Assembly: GCA_050506795.1 (NCBI GenBank) | Contig: JBJHCF010000051.1 | Span: 1 to 32,875 of the forward strand | Length of the DNA stretch: 32,875 bases | DNA from: Opitutia bacterium | Lineage (GTDB): Bacteria > Verrucomicrobiota > Verrucomicrobiia > Opitutales > T3Sed10-336 | Reading direction: 5' to 3' | Shown here: positions 1 to 7,956 of the stretch, in pieces | Layout of the letters: every line of letters starts with the position of its first letter | Position numbering within the stretch: the stretch's first letter is position 1 | Position numbers and translations under genes: made by a program | The notes under the pieces: generated by a model | What the model saw: the letters and a program-made list of their open reading frames with translations, nothing else | What the model was told of the DNA's origin: nothing | Database searches by the model: none

Positions 1-833
1 CCCGCGAGGGAGTGGACGTGAAGCTTCTACCGCGCGAGGGCGAGCTCTACGTGCTGGCCCGCTCCCGCGAGCGCGTCGGCAAAGAGCGAGCGATGCGCCG
101 CCGTCAGCTCAAGAAACTCTGGGCTCGCCTCGCGGAGCTTAAGCGGATGGCGCCGCCACGCGACCAACTCCTGCTCAAACTCGGCGCCGCCCGCCAGCAA
201 TACCCACTGGCCTGGCGCCTCGTCCACATCAATGTCACTGCCGAGGGCATCCTCAACTACTCACTGCGAAAGGACAAGCTGCGCCAAGCGATGCGCCGCG
301 AAGGCCGCTACCTGCTGCGCTCCAACCTCTGCGACCAGGAATCGGGCCAGCTCTGGCGGCTCTACATGCTCCTGGTCGAAGTCGAGCAAGCCTTCAAAAA
401 CCTCAAAGGCGACCTCGCTGTCCGGCCCATTTATCACAAGGCAGAAGCACGCATCGAAGCCCACATCTTCATCGCCTTCCTCGCCTACTGCCTGCATGCG
501 ACTCTGCGGCACAAACTCTCGCTCAAGGCTCCCGGCCTGACGCCGCGCTCGCTGTTCGAGCAACTCTGTGCCATCCAGATGCTCGACGTCCACTTCCCGA
601 CCACCGACGGACGCACCCGGATCTTCAGCCGCTACACCATGCCAAATAAAGCCCAGAAGCTTCTCCTCGGCCAACTCGGCCTTGAACTGCCCCCGCAATC
701 GCCGCCGCGCATCAGCGCCGACCACCATCTCGAACCGTTGTCGGATCAACGTCTGTAGTGAAGACCTTTGGCCCTGCCTCACACAGGTAAGCGGGCTGGC
801 GGACCATCAAAGGCTCCAGTTTCGAAAGTCGGG
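1..833 (+). mobile_element. IS1634-family (IS4-like) insertion sequence, right part only
   Basis: Carries a DDE transposase C-terminus. About 75 bp after the stop the sequence ends in ...TTTCGAAAGTCGGG (820-833), which resembles IS1634-type terminal repeats. The left end is outside the window, so the boundary is inferred. Confidence 0.75.
3..758 (+). CDS. IS1634-family transposase, 5'-truncated by window edge
   Basis: Frame is open from position 3. Motifs EGRYLLRSN, YMLLVEVEQAFKNLKGDLAVRPIYH and RIEAHIFIAFLAY match the IS4-superfamily Y-(2)-R-(3)-E-(6)-K region. Confidence 0.9.
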   Translation, partial: REGVDVKLLPREGELYVLARSRERVGKERAMRRRQLKKLWARLAELKRMAPPRDQLLLKLGAARQQYPLAWRLVHINVTAEGILNYSLRKDKLRQAMRREGRYLLRSNLCDQESGQLWRLYMLLVEVEQAFKNLKGDLAVRPIYHKAEARIEAHIFIAFLAYCLHATLRHKLSLKAPGLTPRSLFEQLCAIQMLDVHFPTTDGRTRIFSRYTMPNKAQKLLLGQLGLELPPQSPPRISADHHLEPLSDQRL

Positions 834-851
834 CTTGGTTCGGGGTTATCG

Positions 852-888
852 GACTTCGGCGAGTTCAGTCGAAGCCCGAGTTCAGTCG
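852..888. repeat. REP-like hairpin CTTCGGC-GAGTTCA-GTCGAAG with a 12-bp direct duplication
   Basis: 7-bp stem with one G-T pair at 854-874. CGAGTTCAGTCG occurs at 860-871 and again at 877-888. Confidence 0.65.
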
Positions 889-950
889 CGCACGGAAGCG
901 CCGAGGATAAAGGGAATATCGGCGGAAGCAACGATCCTACGGGGATTTTC

Positions 951-1084
951 TATCCTTCGTGTCTTTCGTGTCCTTCGTGGTGAAGCCTGGTTCCGGTTCT
1001 GAGGCGCGGGCGGGTTGTCGGGCGTTTGGAAACGCCGTCTGAAGAGCGGCGCTACGGTTGAGAGAGCGCAGGGGGCGGGAGGTC
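951..1084. repeat. ~135-bp composite intergenic repeat, copy A
   Basis: Aligns by hand to 1784-1918 with about 23 differences in 135 columns (~83% identity). Contains 3x 9-nt (TTCGTG) units, a GAAGCCTGGTTCCGGTT core and a GTAG-type REP hairpin at 1033-1055 (minus strand GTAG-CGCCG-CTCTTCAGA-CGGCG). Confidence 0.9.
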
Positions 1085-1107
1085 AGCCTCAACTCAAAAT
1101 GGTAATG

Positions 1108-1344
1108 TCAGCCAACCTGACGAACGCACAACACTTCATCCGATCGCAACGGTTCCAAAGCGGCGGCCGGAACGGTGGCAATTGCGATCGTATGGCCCAT
1201 GGCGCTGAAGACTTCTATGGAAAAGCCTTCCGTACCGTCGGAAGCGGAGTGCCGGTCAACGAGACGAACCACATCGCCACGCTTGAGGTGGTGTTTGGGA
1301 AAATCGTCCGTCAGGACGGCGTCTTTGTAGAGTTCAAGGCTCAT
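1108..1344 (-). CDS. DUF4926-like small protein
   Basis: MSLELYKDAVLTDDFPKHHLKRGDVVRLVDRH...EGFSIEVFSAMGHTIAIATVPAAALEPLRSDEVLCVR matches the DUF4926 pattern (ELY..V.L..D.P...L..GDV..V...GY.LEVF...G.T..V). ATG at 1344 preferred over the upstream TTG. Confidence 0.85.
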   Translation of the reverse strand: MSLELYKDAVLTDDFPKHHLKRGDVVRLVDRHSASDGTEGFSIEVFSAMGHTIAIATVPAAALEPLRSDEVLCVRQVG

Positions 1345-1638
1345 GCACAAAATCCCCCAAAACCCTGGCAGTGAAGTCGCGATTCGTCACCGGGTATCGG
1401 CGGAACATCGGGCGAGGCATCGACGAAGGAAATTAAGCCTCCCCTGTTGCTGCGGCGGCCTCCCCTTCCCCGGTAACCGGGACGGGTTGAGGATCGGTCT
1501 TAGGGGAGGAACTCACAGGAGGTGAATTTGCCGGTAAAGGGTTGGGATGGAAAGGAAAAAGGCGAGCGGGGCGATGGGGCCGTATCGCGAAGGAGGAAGC
1601 GCACACACTATTGGGCTCTGGTTTACCCGGAATTTTTG

Positions 1639-1735
1639 ACCACAGATCACAGAATGCACAGATACAATGCGGAGGTCTCGTATCTGTGCCCATCTGGGAA
1701 ATGCTCCGCCATCTACGCTCTGCTTCGTCTGTGGT
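1639..1735. repeat. 97-bp MITE-like palindromic element
   Basis: Terminal inverted repeat ACCACAGA (1639-1646) / TCTGTGGT (1728-1735). Three CACAGA units at the left end. Internal perfect 10-bp inverted repeat GCACAGATAC (1656-1665) / GTATCTGTGC (1680-1689). Confidence 0.75.
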
Positions 1736-1750
1736 TGAAGATTGGTTTGG

Positions 1751-1778
1751 GTTCTTGGTTCCAAGTTCTTGGTTCCGA
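1751..1778. repeat. Short 7-nt-period tandem repeat
   Basis: GTTCTTG GTTCCAA GTTCTTG GTTCCGA. Confidence 0.6.
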
Positions 1779-1783
1779 TGCCT

Positions 1784-1918
1784 TATCCTTCGTGCTCTTG
1801 GTGTCCTTCGTGGTGAAGCTTGGTTCCGGTTTCGAAGCGCGGGCGTTTTGTCGGCCGGTTGGGAGATGCCGTCTAAAGATTGGCGCTACGGTTGAGGGAA
1901 CGGAGGGTGCGGGCGGTC
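1784..1918. repeat. ~135-bp composite intergenic repeat, copy B
   Basis: Direct repeat of 951-1084. Includes the GTAG-type REP hairpin at 1867-1889. Confidence 0.9.
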
Positions 1919-1946
1919 GCGTCCTTCAAGTTCGAAATCCCCCGCC

Positions 1947-2669
1947 TCAAGTATTTCCGGCAGGCCTTGTTTTTGTGGCCAGGTAAGTCCCAATAACGCC
2001 TCCCTCGATGTGCTTCCTGGAGACACTAAATCCGGCACGGGCCAAGAGCCCCTCGATCACCCAATCATAGGTGGAATACTCGTCTTGAAAATGTCCCTCG
2101 GCGTCTTCGCGGAGAAAGCTCCCGCCCGCCTTCTCCTGCTTGTCGATAAATGACGTGATGTTCTCAAGCGATGCGGCCTCCCCGACAATGACGTCGTGCA
2201 GGTATAGCGTACCCCCCGGCTTCAGCATTCCGTTCATGCGCTTGAGTGCAATGCCCTTCCAGAAATCCGGCAGATGGTGGAACGCGAACGTCGTCGCAAT
2301 GGCGTCGGCCGCACCCTCCGGATGTTTGTAGGTCAGGAAGCCGGCATGGTGGAATTCAATACCGGACACGCCCTCCCGATCAGCCTTGGCCCGAGCCCGG
2401 GCGAGCATGGCCTGAGAAACATCGACCGCGTGAACGATCGCTCCTCTCCTGGCGGCCTCGATGGCAAACGTGCCGGTCCCTGAACCGAAGTCGATTACGG
2501 TATCGCCACGTTTCAGGCCCAGTAGGTCAAGGACCCGAATACTTTCCTCTTTGATATCGCGGAAATCCGCATGGCTGGAATCGTAAACATCCACTTCGGA
2601 TTGACGGCCGTAGTCACGTCCGACCGGTTTGAACTCATCGTATTGCCACGGTGGCTGAAAATCCTTCAT
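1947..2669 (-). CDS. Class I SAM-dependent methyltransferase
   Basis: Motif I VIDFGSGTG, AVDVSQAML, and later HHLPDFWK...LKPGGTLYLHD. Confidence 0.93.
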   Translation of the reverse strand: MKDFQPPWQYDEFKPVGRDYGRQSEVDVYDSSHADFRDIKEESIRVLDLLGLKRGDTVIDFGSGTGTFAIEAARRGAIVHAVDVSQAMLARARAKADREGVSGIEFHHAGFLTYKHPEGAADAIATTFAFHHLPDFWKGIALKRMNGMLKPGGTLYLHDVIVGEAASLENITSFIDKQEKAGGSFLREDAEGHFQDEYSTYDWVIEGLLARAGFSVSRKHIEGGVIGTYLATKTRPAGNT

Positions 2670-2676
2670 TTCGCTT

Positions 2677-2761
2677 TTGGTGTGGTTCGTGTGTTTCGTG
2701 GGCCCATTTCCCCACCTGCAAGACCGTTCAGGTCGTCCACGAATGGCACTAAATACACGAA
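2677..2761. repeat. Back-to-back inverted pair of 9-nt-period (CACGAA) triplets
   Basis: TTGGTGTGG TTCGTGTGT TTCGTGG (2677-2701) and CCACGAATG GCACTAAAT ACACGAA (2737-2761). Confidence 0.7.
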
Positions 2762-2789
2762 CGAGCCATGATCCCGAATTACACGGCTT

Positions 2790-2837
2790 GGCCCTGCGAC
2801 AGGCTCAGGGCAGGCCCTGCGACAGGCTCAGGGCAGG
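2790..2837. repeat. Perfect 23-bp tandem duplication GGCCCTGCGACAGGCTCAGGGCA x2, REP-like
   Basis: Exact copies at 2790-2812 and 2813-2835. Each can fold (GCCCTG...CAGGGC). Lies just downstream of the serC stop. Confidence 0.9.
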
Positions 2838-2853
2838 GATGCCCGCGGTCCCG

Positions 2854-3954
2854 TCAACCGTTACGGTCGCGGAAGTCTTTCATGAACTCCGCCAGGGCTT
2901 CGACGCTTGCGCGCGGGCAGGCGTTGTAGATGCTGGCGCGCAAGCCGCCGACGCTGCGGTGGCCTTTCAGGCCGTGCATATCGTGTGACTCCGCTTCTTT
3001 GAGGAAGGTCTTTTCCAATTCCTCGGTGGGCAAGCGGAAGACCACGTTCATCAGTGACCGTGATTCCTTTTCCACCGGGGTGCGGTAGAAGTCATCGTGA
3101 TCGATCTGGTCGTAGAGCAATTTGGCTTTCTCTTTGTTTTGACGCTCTATCGCGGCGAGACCGCCCTTTTCTTCCAGCCACCCGAGGATCAGGTTCACCA
3201 GGTAGACGCCGAAGGTGGGCGGGGTATTGAACATGGTGCCCGCATGGGTTTTGTAACGCAGCATGGAGGGAACGCCGTCGGTTCGCGCCTGTTCGAGCAG
3301 ATCCTTGCGCACGATGACAATGGTCACGCCGGAGGGCCCGGCATTCTTCTGCGCCCCAGCATAGATCAAACCGTAGCGCGCGGCGTCGACGGGCCGGGAG
3401 AGAAAGTCCGACGACGCGTCACACACCAGGGGAGCCCCGTTGGACTCAGGTTCTTTGGGCTGTTGGGTGCCGAAGATAGTATTGTTCGACGTAAAGTGCA
3501 GATAGACAGGATTGTCCGACCCGCGGATTTCCTCGTCGCGAGGCACCCGGTTGAAGTTGCCCTCTTCGGAACTGAAGGCGACGTTAACGTCGCCGATCAT
3601 TTTGGCTTCCTTGATCGCCTTCTTGGCCCAGGCGCCGGTGTTCAGGTAATCGGCGGTTCTGCCTTCGAACAGAAAATTCGTCGGCACCATCATGAACTGG
3701 GTGCTGGCGCCCCCCTGCAGGAACATGACTTCGAAGGCGTCCCCCAGCCCCAAGAGCCGGATCAGGCGCTCGCGGGCCTGGGCGTCAACTTCGATGTATT
3801 CAGGGCCGCGGTGGCTCAACTCCATAATAGAGGAACCCGTACCCCGGTAGTTCAGCAATTCCTCGCGCGCCGTTTTGAGGACCTCCAAAGGGAGAACCGC
3901 CGGCCCGGCGCTGAAGTTGTGCGAACGATGTGCTACAGATGCATCTGTGGTCAT
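2854..3954 (-). CDS. serC: Phosphoserine aminotransferase
   Basis: NFSAGPAVLP, MELSHR, FLQGGASTQF, IYAGAQKNAGPSG (PLP lysine), FNTPPTF, GHRSVGGLRASIYNA. Confidence 0.98.
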   Translation of the reverse strand: MTTDASVAHRSHNFSAGPAVLPLEVLKTAREELLNYRGTGSSIMELSHRGPEYIEVDAQARERLIRLLGLGDAFEVMFLQGGASTQFMMVPTNFLFEGRTADYLNTGAWAKKAIKEAKMIGDVNVAFSSEEGNFNRVPRDEEIRGSDNPVYLHFTSNNTIFGTQQPKEPESNGAPLVCDASSDFLSRPVDAARYGLIYAGAQKNAGPSGVTIVIVRKDLLEQARTDGVPSMLRYKTHAGTMFNTPPTFGVYLVNLILGWLEEKGGLAAIERQNKEKAKLLYDQIDHDDFYRTPVEKESRSLMNVVFRLPTEELEKTFLKEAESHDMHGLKGHRSVGGLRASIYNACPRASVEALAEFMKDFRDRNG

Positions 3955-4043
3955 GGGTACAGTCTAGAAACCAACGATTCCCGGGCACAAGATTTATTCC
4001 AGAGACCGCCGGTATCGCCCTGGTCCCGGACCACTCCGGTACG

Positions 4044-4649
4044 TCACTCCTCCTTCAACTCGACGTTCCAGTAGGCGGCGTCAAGGAAGTGTTTCCAGGA
4101 TTCGTAGGCGGGATTGCCCATGACCACCGTGACAAACGGACGCCACTTCGGGCGCTGCGGCTTGCGGATCAAACGCATGCCGGCCTCGTGAGGCAGACGG
4201 TTGGCCTTGCGGATATTGCAGGGCACACAGGAGCAGACGATGTTTTCCCAGGTCGTTTTACCCCCGTAGTCGCGAGGAATCACATGATCGAGGTTCAGAT
4301 CTCCCCGGTCGAACTTCTCGCCGCAGTACTGGCAGCGGTTCTTGTCCCGTTCGAAAACGTTGTTCCGGGTGAACTTCACCTCCTTGCGGGGAATCCGGTC
4401 AAACGCGTTGAGTAGAATAATACGGGGCATTCTAATCCGCCGATCCACCGTTTGCACGTAATCCCTCCGGTCACGGGGAGGCTCCTGACTGGAAAAATCC
4501 AGCCACTCCATCGAGTTAAACACCCGAAAGGAATCGTCATCGGTGTAAATGACCCGGGCGTGATCCTGAAACAAGAGACAGAAAGCTCTCCGGGCGGTCA
4601 CGATATTGACCGCCTGCCAGCAGCGGTTGAGCACCAGCACATGCCGCAT
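4044..4649 (-). CDS. HNH endonuclease (McrA-like, Zn-binding)
   Basis: VLVLN N-terminus, [51 protein letters not shown]. Start placed at MRHVLVLN; the ORF is open to 4706. Confidence 0.92.
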   Translation of the reverse strand: MRHVLVLNRCWQAVNIVTARRAFCLLFQDHARVIYTDDDSFRVFNSMEWLDFSSQEPPRDRRDYVQTVDRRIRMPRIILLNAFDRIPRKEVKFTRNNVFERDKNRCQYCGEKFDRGDLNLDHVIPRDYGGKTTWENIVCSCVPCNIRKANRLPHEAGMRLIRKPQRPKWRPFVTVVMGNPAYESWKHFLDAAYWNVELKEE

Positions 4650-4725
4650 TGTCGCCGATTCTATCACGGTGGCAGAACCGTAAACGACAACCCGTTCGGT
4701 TGTCAACCGGGCGTTCCGGATCGCG

Positions 4726-5823
4726 TCAGGTCAAATGCACCCGGCCCTGACCCGCCTTCACCTCACCGATGATCCAGGCTGGACGACGGGCACGCCGCGC
4801 CTTCCGCACCACATCCTCCGCCGCCTCCGGCGCAACCATCAGCACCATTCCGATGCCCATATTAAACACCTCGTAGAGCTCATCGAAGGTCACCCCTCCC
4901 TGATCCGCCAGAATTTCAAAAACCGCCGGCTTCGGCCACGCGTCGGTCGCCACCACCGCGTCGCAATTTTCGGGCAGAATCCGGGGTATATTGCCGGTAA
5001 ATCCTCCCCCGGTGATGTGGGCGGCGCCGAAGATTCCGTTTCCGGCACGGCGATCGGACCGCGTGCCTTGATTAAATCTTTTCAACAGCCGCTGCATCAA
5101 GCCGGCATAATTCACGTGAGGCTCCAGCAGGGCGTCCGCCACCGTCACTTCGCTTCCGGGCAGGCGGTCGTCCATGCGGAACCGGAGTTTGTTGAAGAAT
5201 ATCCGGGTGGCCAGGGAATAACCGTTGGTGTGCAGGCCGCTGGAACCCAGTCCGACCAGTTTGTCGCCAGGACGAATCGCCGCGCCCGAGAGAATCTTCG
5301 GCTTCTCAACCACTCCGACGACCGACCCGACCAGATCATATTCGCCGGCCCGGTAAAATCCGGGCATCTGGGCGGTTTCACCCCCGATCAAAGCACAACC
5401 GGCTTCGCGGCAGGCCTCCGCCATTCCCGCCAGCAAGCCCTGAAACACCCCGGGCTCCAGTTTTCCCATGCCGACATAATCCAGGAAAAACAGGGGTTCC
5501 GCTCCCAGGACAGCGACATCATTCACGCAGTGATTGACGATATCCTGCCCCACCCCTTCGTGCCGGCCGCTGGAGAAAGCCAGTTTCAACTTGGTGCCCA
5601 CCCCGTCGACGCTGCTCACCAGAACCGGGCGCTTGTATCCCGACTTCGACAAATCGAAGAGTCCCCCGAAACCGCCCGCCTTGCCCAGGACCTCCGGCCG
5701 GCTGGCCCGCGCCAACTGCTCTTTGAGCCCTCCCTTGATGCTGTCCGCCAGATCGATATCTACCCCGGCTTGCGCGTACGCTTTTTTCGATTTCGTGGAT
5801 TTTTCCGCTGTGTCTTTGGGCAT
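4726..5823 (-). CDS. purM: Phosphoribosylformylglycinamidine cyclo-ligase (AIR synthetase)
   Basis: [73 protein letters not shown]. Start codon uncertain (5823 or 5850). Confidence 0.97.
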   Translation of the reverse strand: MPKDTAEKSTKSKKAYAQAGVDIDLADSIKGGLKEQLARASRPEVLGKAGGFGGLFDLSKSGYKRPVLVSSVDGVGTKLKLAFSSGRHEGVGQDIVNHCVNDVAVLGAEPLFFLDYVGMGKLEPGVFQGLLAGMAEACREAGCALIGGETAQMPGFYRAGEYDLVGSVVGVVEKPKILSGAAIRPGDKLVGLGSSGLHTNGYSLATRIFFNKLRFRMDDRLPGSEVTVADALLEPHVNYAGLMQRLLKRFNQGTRSDRRAGNGIFGAAHITGGGFTGNIPRILPENCDAVVATDAWPKPAVFEILADQGGVTFDELYEVFNMGIGMVLMVAPEAAEDVVRKARRARRPAWIIGEVKAGQGRVHLT

Positions 5824-5895
5824 ATCAAACGAAACATTGTTCACTTCCATACGGGCAAGCAAATTCCATTCTCCACCCGGTCGGCCGGAAAGCGA

Positions 5896-7155
5896 TTACG
5901 CCGGACCCCCGGTGAGCAGTTCCATCGAAAGAACGTCCCCGGGGTAGGCGGTGGTGACCGGAGCCATCGCCCAGGGAGCACGCTGGGTCGATGGCAGCAA
6001 TCCCGTATCCAGGAACCGCTGCGCCACCCCCCGGATGTCTTTGACCGCCGTGTACTTCTCCACCTCGCCGCCAAAAAACGTGCAGAATGCCGGGTCGATT
6101 TCACCTATGCCTCCCGAAGAGACAAACGCCAGGTTGTAAAGCTGAACGAACGGTCGGCAGTCCTCCAGCAAGGTGGCCGGCCGATCGATTTTGCCCCGGA
6201 GGTAATCCTGGAAAAACCGGTAGTTGAGCGGCAGGACGTAATCCTTGGGCAGGGGAATGCGTTCCCGCCGGCCGTCCTTCCACTCGATCTGATAACAATC
6301 GTAGATGAAGTATCGAATGACAGCCTCCTCACACCAGATGATTTCCTCGTGGTGCTTTTCTCCCTCCTGACAGGCATGGGTAATCGCCAGATCGAGTTTC
6401 ACGCCGGAAGGCGTATCGGCGCTGACAAAAAAAACATCCGCGGTTTCGATGGGATTGGCCCGATAAACTTCGGCCCTGACCGATGCGATCGGACTCCAGG
6501 AAAACACATCGCCGTCCCCCGCCCAAAGCAGGGTGTTATGAACGTGGTGGGCCATGGCATTACCCATGCAGGAATCCAGCACCGGTTGTTCACCCACCCT
6601 GATGCGACCCGCCCAATTGTTGCGCCTGAAATAGGCGGAGGAACGGGCGGCAAACCCCCGGTACCCCACCCGCAGCAATCGTCCGAAATCACCGGCCAAA
6701 ATGCGGCGCTTAAGCGCCAGACGGGCAGGCTCGACCACAAAGTTGAATCCAACCTGGGTGCGTTTTGCCTGCTTCAGGTCGGTTTTGATCATCCGCTCCA
6801 ACTCGCGTTCCACCAAAGTCGGGGGCTTTTCCAGATAAACAGGAATGCCACGTTTCACACATTCCTGATGCATTACGGCATGAAACTGGATTGGCGTGGG
6901 AATCACCACCATGTCCAGCTGTTCGCCACAGGCGTCCAGCATGGCGATGTAATCGCTAAAAACCCGTACCCCGCGCTCGGCGAATTCCCAACGCCGCATC
7001 ACCTCCGAAAACGACGAAAGGTGCGGGTCACAGGCGCAGATCAGACGAGACGTTCCCTCCTTTTCCAGTTGCAATGCGGCACGATGGTGAGCGGCGGCAA
7101 ACCCCCCCATCCCGATTATACCCATGGAAATCCGTTCACCATCTGGCTCTATCAC
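5896..7155 (-). CDS. Gfo/Idh/MocA family NAD(P)-dependent oxidoreductase
   Basis: GIIGMGGFA Rossmann motif, LDMVVIPTPIQFH, VYLEKP, QVGFN, RNNWAGR. GTG start at 7155 inferred; the ORF is open to 7233. Confidence 0.9.
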   Translation of the reverse strand: MIEPDGERISMGIIGMGGFAAAHHRAALQLEKEGTSRLICACDPHLSSFSEVMRRWEFAERGVRVFSDYIAMLDACGEQLDMVVIPTPIQFHAVMHQECVKRGIPVYLEKPPTLVERELERMIKTDLKQAKRTQVGFNFVVEPARLALKRRILAGDFGRLLRVGYRGFAARSSAYFRRNNWAGRIRVGEQPVLDSCMGNAMAHHVHNTLLWAGDGDVFSWSPIASVRAEVYRANPIETADVFFVSADTPSGVKLDLAITHACQEGEKHHEEIIWCEEAVIRYFIYDCYQIEWKDGRRERIPLPKDYVLPLNYRFFQDYLRGKIDRPATLLEDCRPFVQLYNLAFVSSGGIGEIDPAFCTFFGGEVEKYTAVKDIRGVAQRFLDTGLLPSTQRAPWAMAPVTTAYPGDVLSMELLTGGPA

Positions 7156-7207
7156 AGTAACAGCCAACGGCAGATACCCAATGCGGACAAACCGTAATTT
7201 GTGTATA

Positions 7208-7738
7208 TTATTGTGTAAATCCGCCTTCGGCACCTCGTCGATCGTGCCGCTCTTTCACCGTCAAACGAAAGCCATCGGTTCCGGTCACAATGATCGGCTC
7301 GTCCTTACTGATAAACCCACCCTCGGAACGAGCCTCCACGATCGCGCCACCGACTTCCACCCGACCCGCCGGCCGAAGATCGCTGACCGCACGTCCCGTC
7401 TCCCCCACACGCTTCTCCAATCCGCTGCGATGGTCACGGTCAACGACCGTCTCCTTATTCTCCCGGAAATTTTCCGCCAGCATCCCCTCCGGAAGCCATC
7501 GAAGAAAAAGATGCAGTGCCAGCACCACCGGCCAGAACAGTGGAAAGATCAAGGCTCCGAAGAATGGGTTCAATCCAACGAAGATCAACCAAAGATTGTC
7601 GTCTACCGGCCGACTCGGCTCCGAGCGCGTGGTCCACCAACGCGGGCGCCAAAAACAACGGTATAATAGAAAACCCAAAGCAGCGGCGCCGTAATAAATA
7701 GCTATGATGTGGCTAATGCTCAAATCCTGGAAAGTCAT
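7208..7738 (-). CDS. NfeD-family membrane protein (short form: TM helices plus C-terminal OB fold)
   Basis: Hydrophobic N-terminal segments, then VGETGRAVSDLRPAGRVEVGGAIVEARSEGGFISKDEPIIVTGTDGFRLTV. AAGGAG RBS precedes the ATG at 7738. Confidence 0.85.
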   Translation of the reverse strand: MTFQDLSISHIIAIYYGAAALGFLLYRCFWRPRWWTTRSEPSRPVDDNLWLIFVGLNPFFGALIFPLFWPVVLALHLFLRWLPEGMLAENFRENKETVVDRDHRSGLEKRVGETGRAVSDLRPAGRVEVGGAIVEARSEGGFISKDEPIIVTGTDGFRLTVKERHDRRGAEGGFTQ

Positions 7739-7869
7739 ATTTTTATCTCCTTCATGTATCCCCGCAGGGTTATCCTTTGTTCGCTGGCACGCCTCTCGTC
7801 TGATTTTCAACCAGTGGATCGCAATTCGCGTTGCAAGGGCAAAATAGTTCACATCAATTTGACAAAAAG

Positions 7870-7884
7870 GCGTTTGCCAAACGC
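7870..7884. promoter_or_regulatory. Perfect 7-1-7 palindrome GCGTTTG-C-CAAACGC in a divergent promoter region (candidate operator)
   Basis: Lies between the divergent nfeD-like and fadL-like genes, 5 bp after a TTGACA hexamer (7859-7864). Confidence 0.4.
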
Positions 7885-7956
7885 GCCTCCAGCTCGACAA
7901 TATAACGAATCCAAACGGATCGTAATATCAAGTTTGCCTGAATCAAATCAAACACC

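Noticed and set aside
1385..1516. Short minus-strand peptide (VSSSPKTDPQPVPVTGEGEAAAATGEA, with RLNFLR in a shifted frame) as a gene remnant
   Set aside because: Too short and low-complexity to assign. A TBLASTN/BLASTX hit would be needed.
951..1918. Integron attC sites or a CRISPR array
   Set aside because: GTTGAG precedes CTCAAC (1057-1093), the reverse of attC R''...R' order, and no integrase is visible. The repeats are too long, too few and too irregularly spaced for CRISPR, and there are no cas genes.
568..1986. Plus-strand ORFs 568-1002, 1015-1374, 1522-1986 and 1542-1895
   Set aside because: They read through repeats or lie antisense to real genes. The shared 'LRGEAWFRF' peptide simply reflects the DNA repeat.
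4735..7197. 820-aa plus-strand ORF
   Set aside because: Antisense shadow of purM and the oxidoreductase, which happen to share a frame. No recognisable motifs. Long shadow ORFs are common in high-GC DNA.
7786..7800. Sigma54 promoter (TGGCAC...) upstream of the fadL-like gene
   Set aside because: The -12 element reads TCGT rather than TTGC, so support is insufficient.
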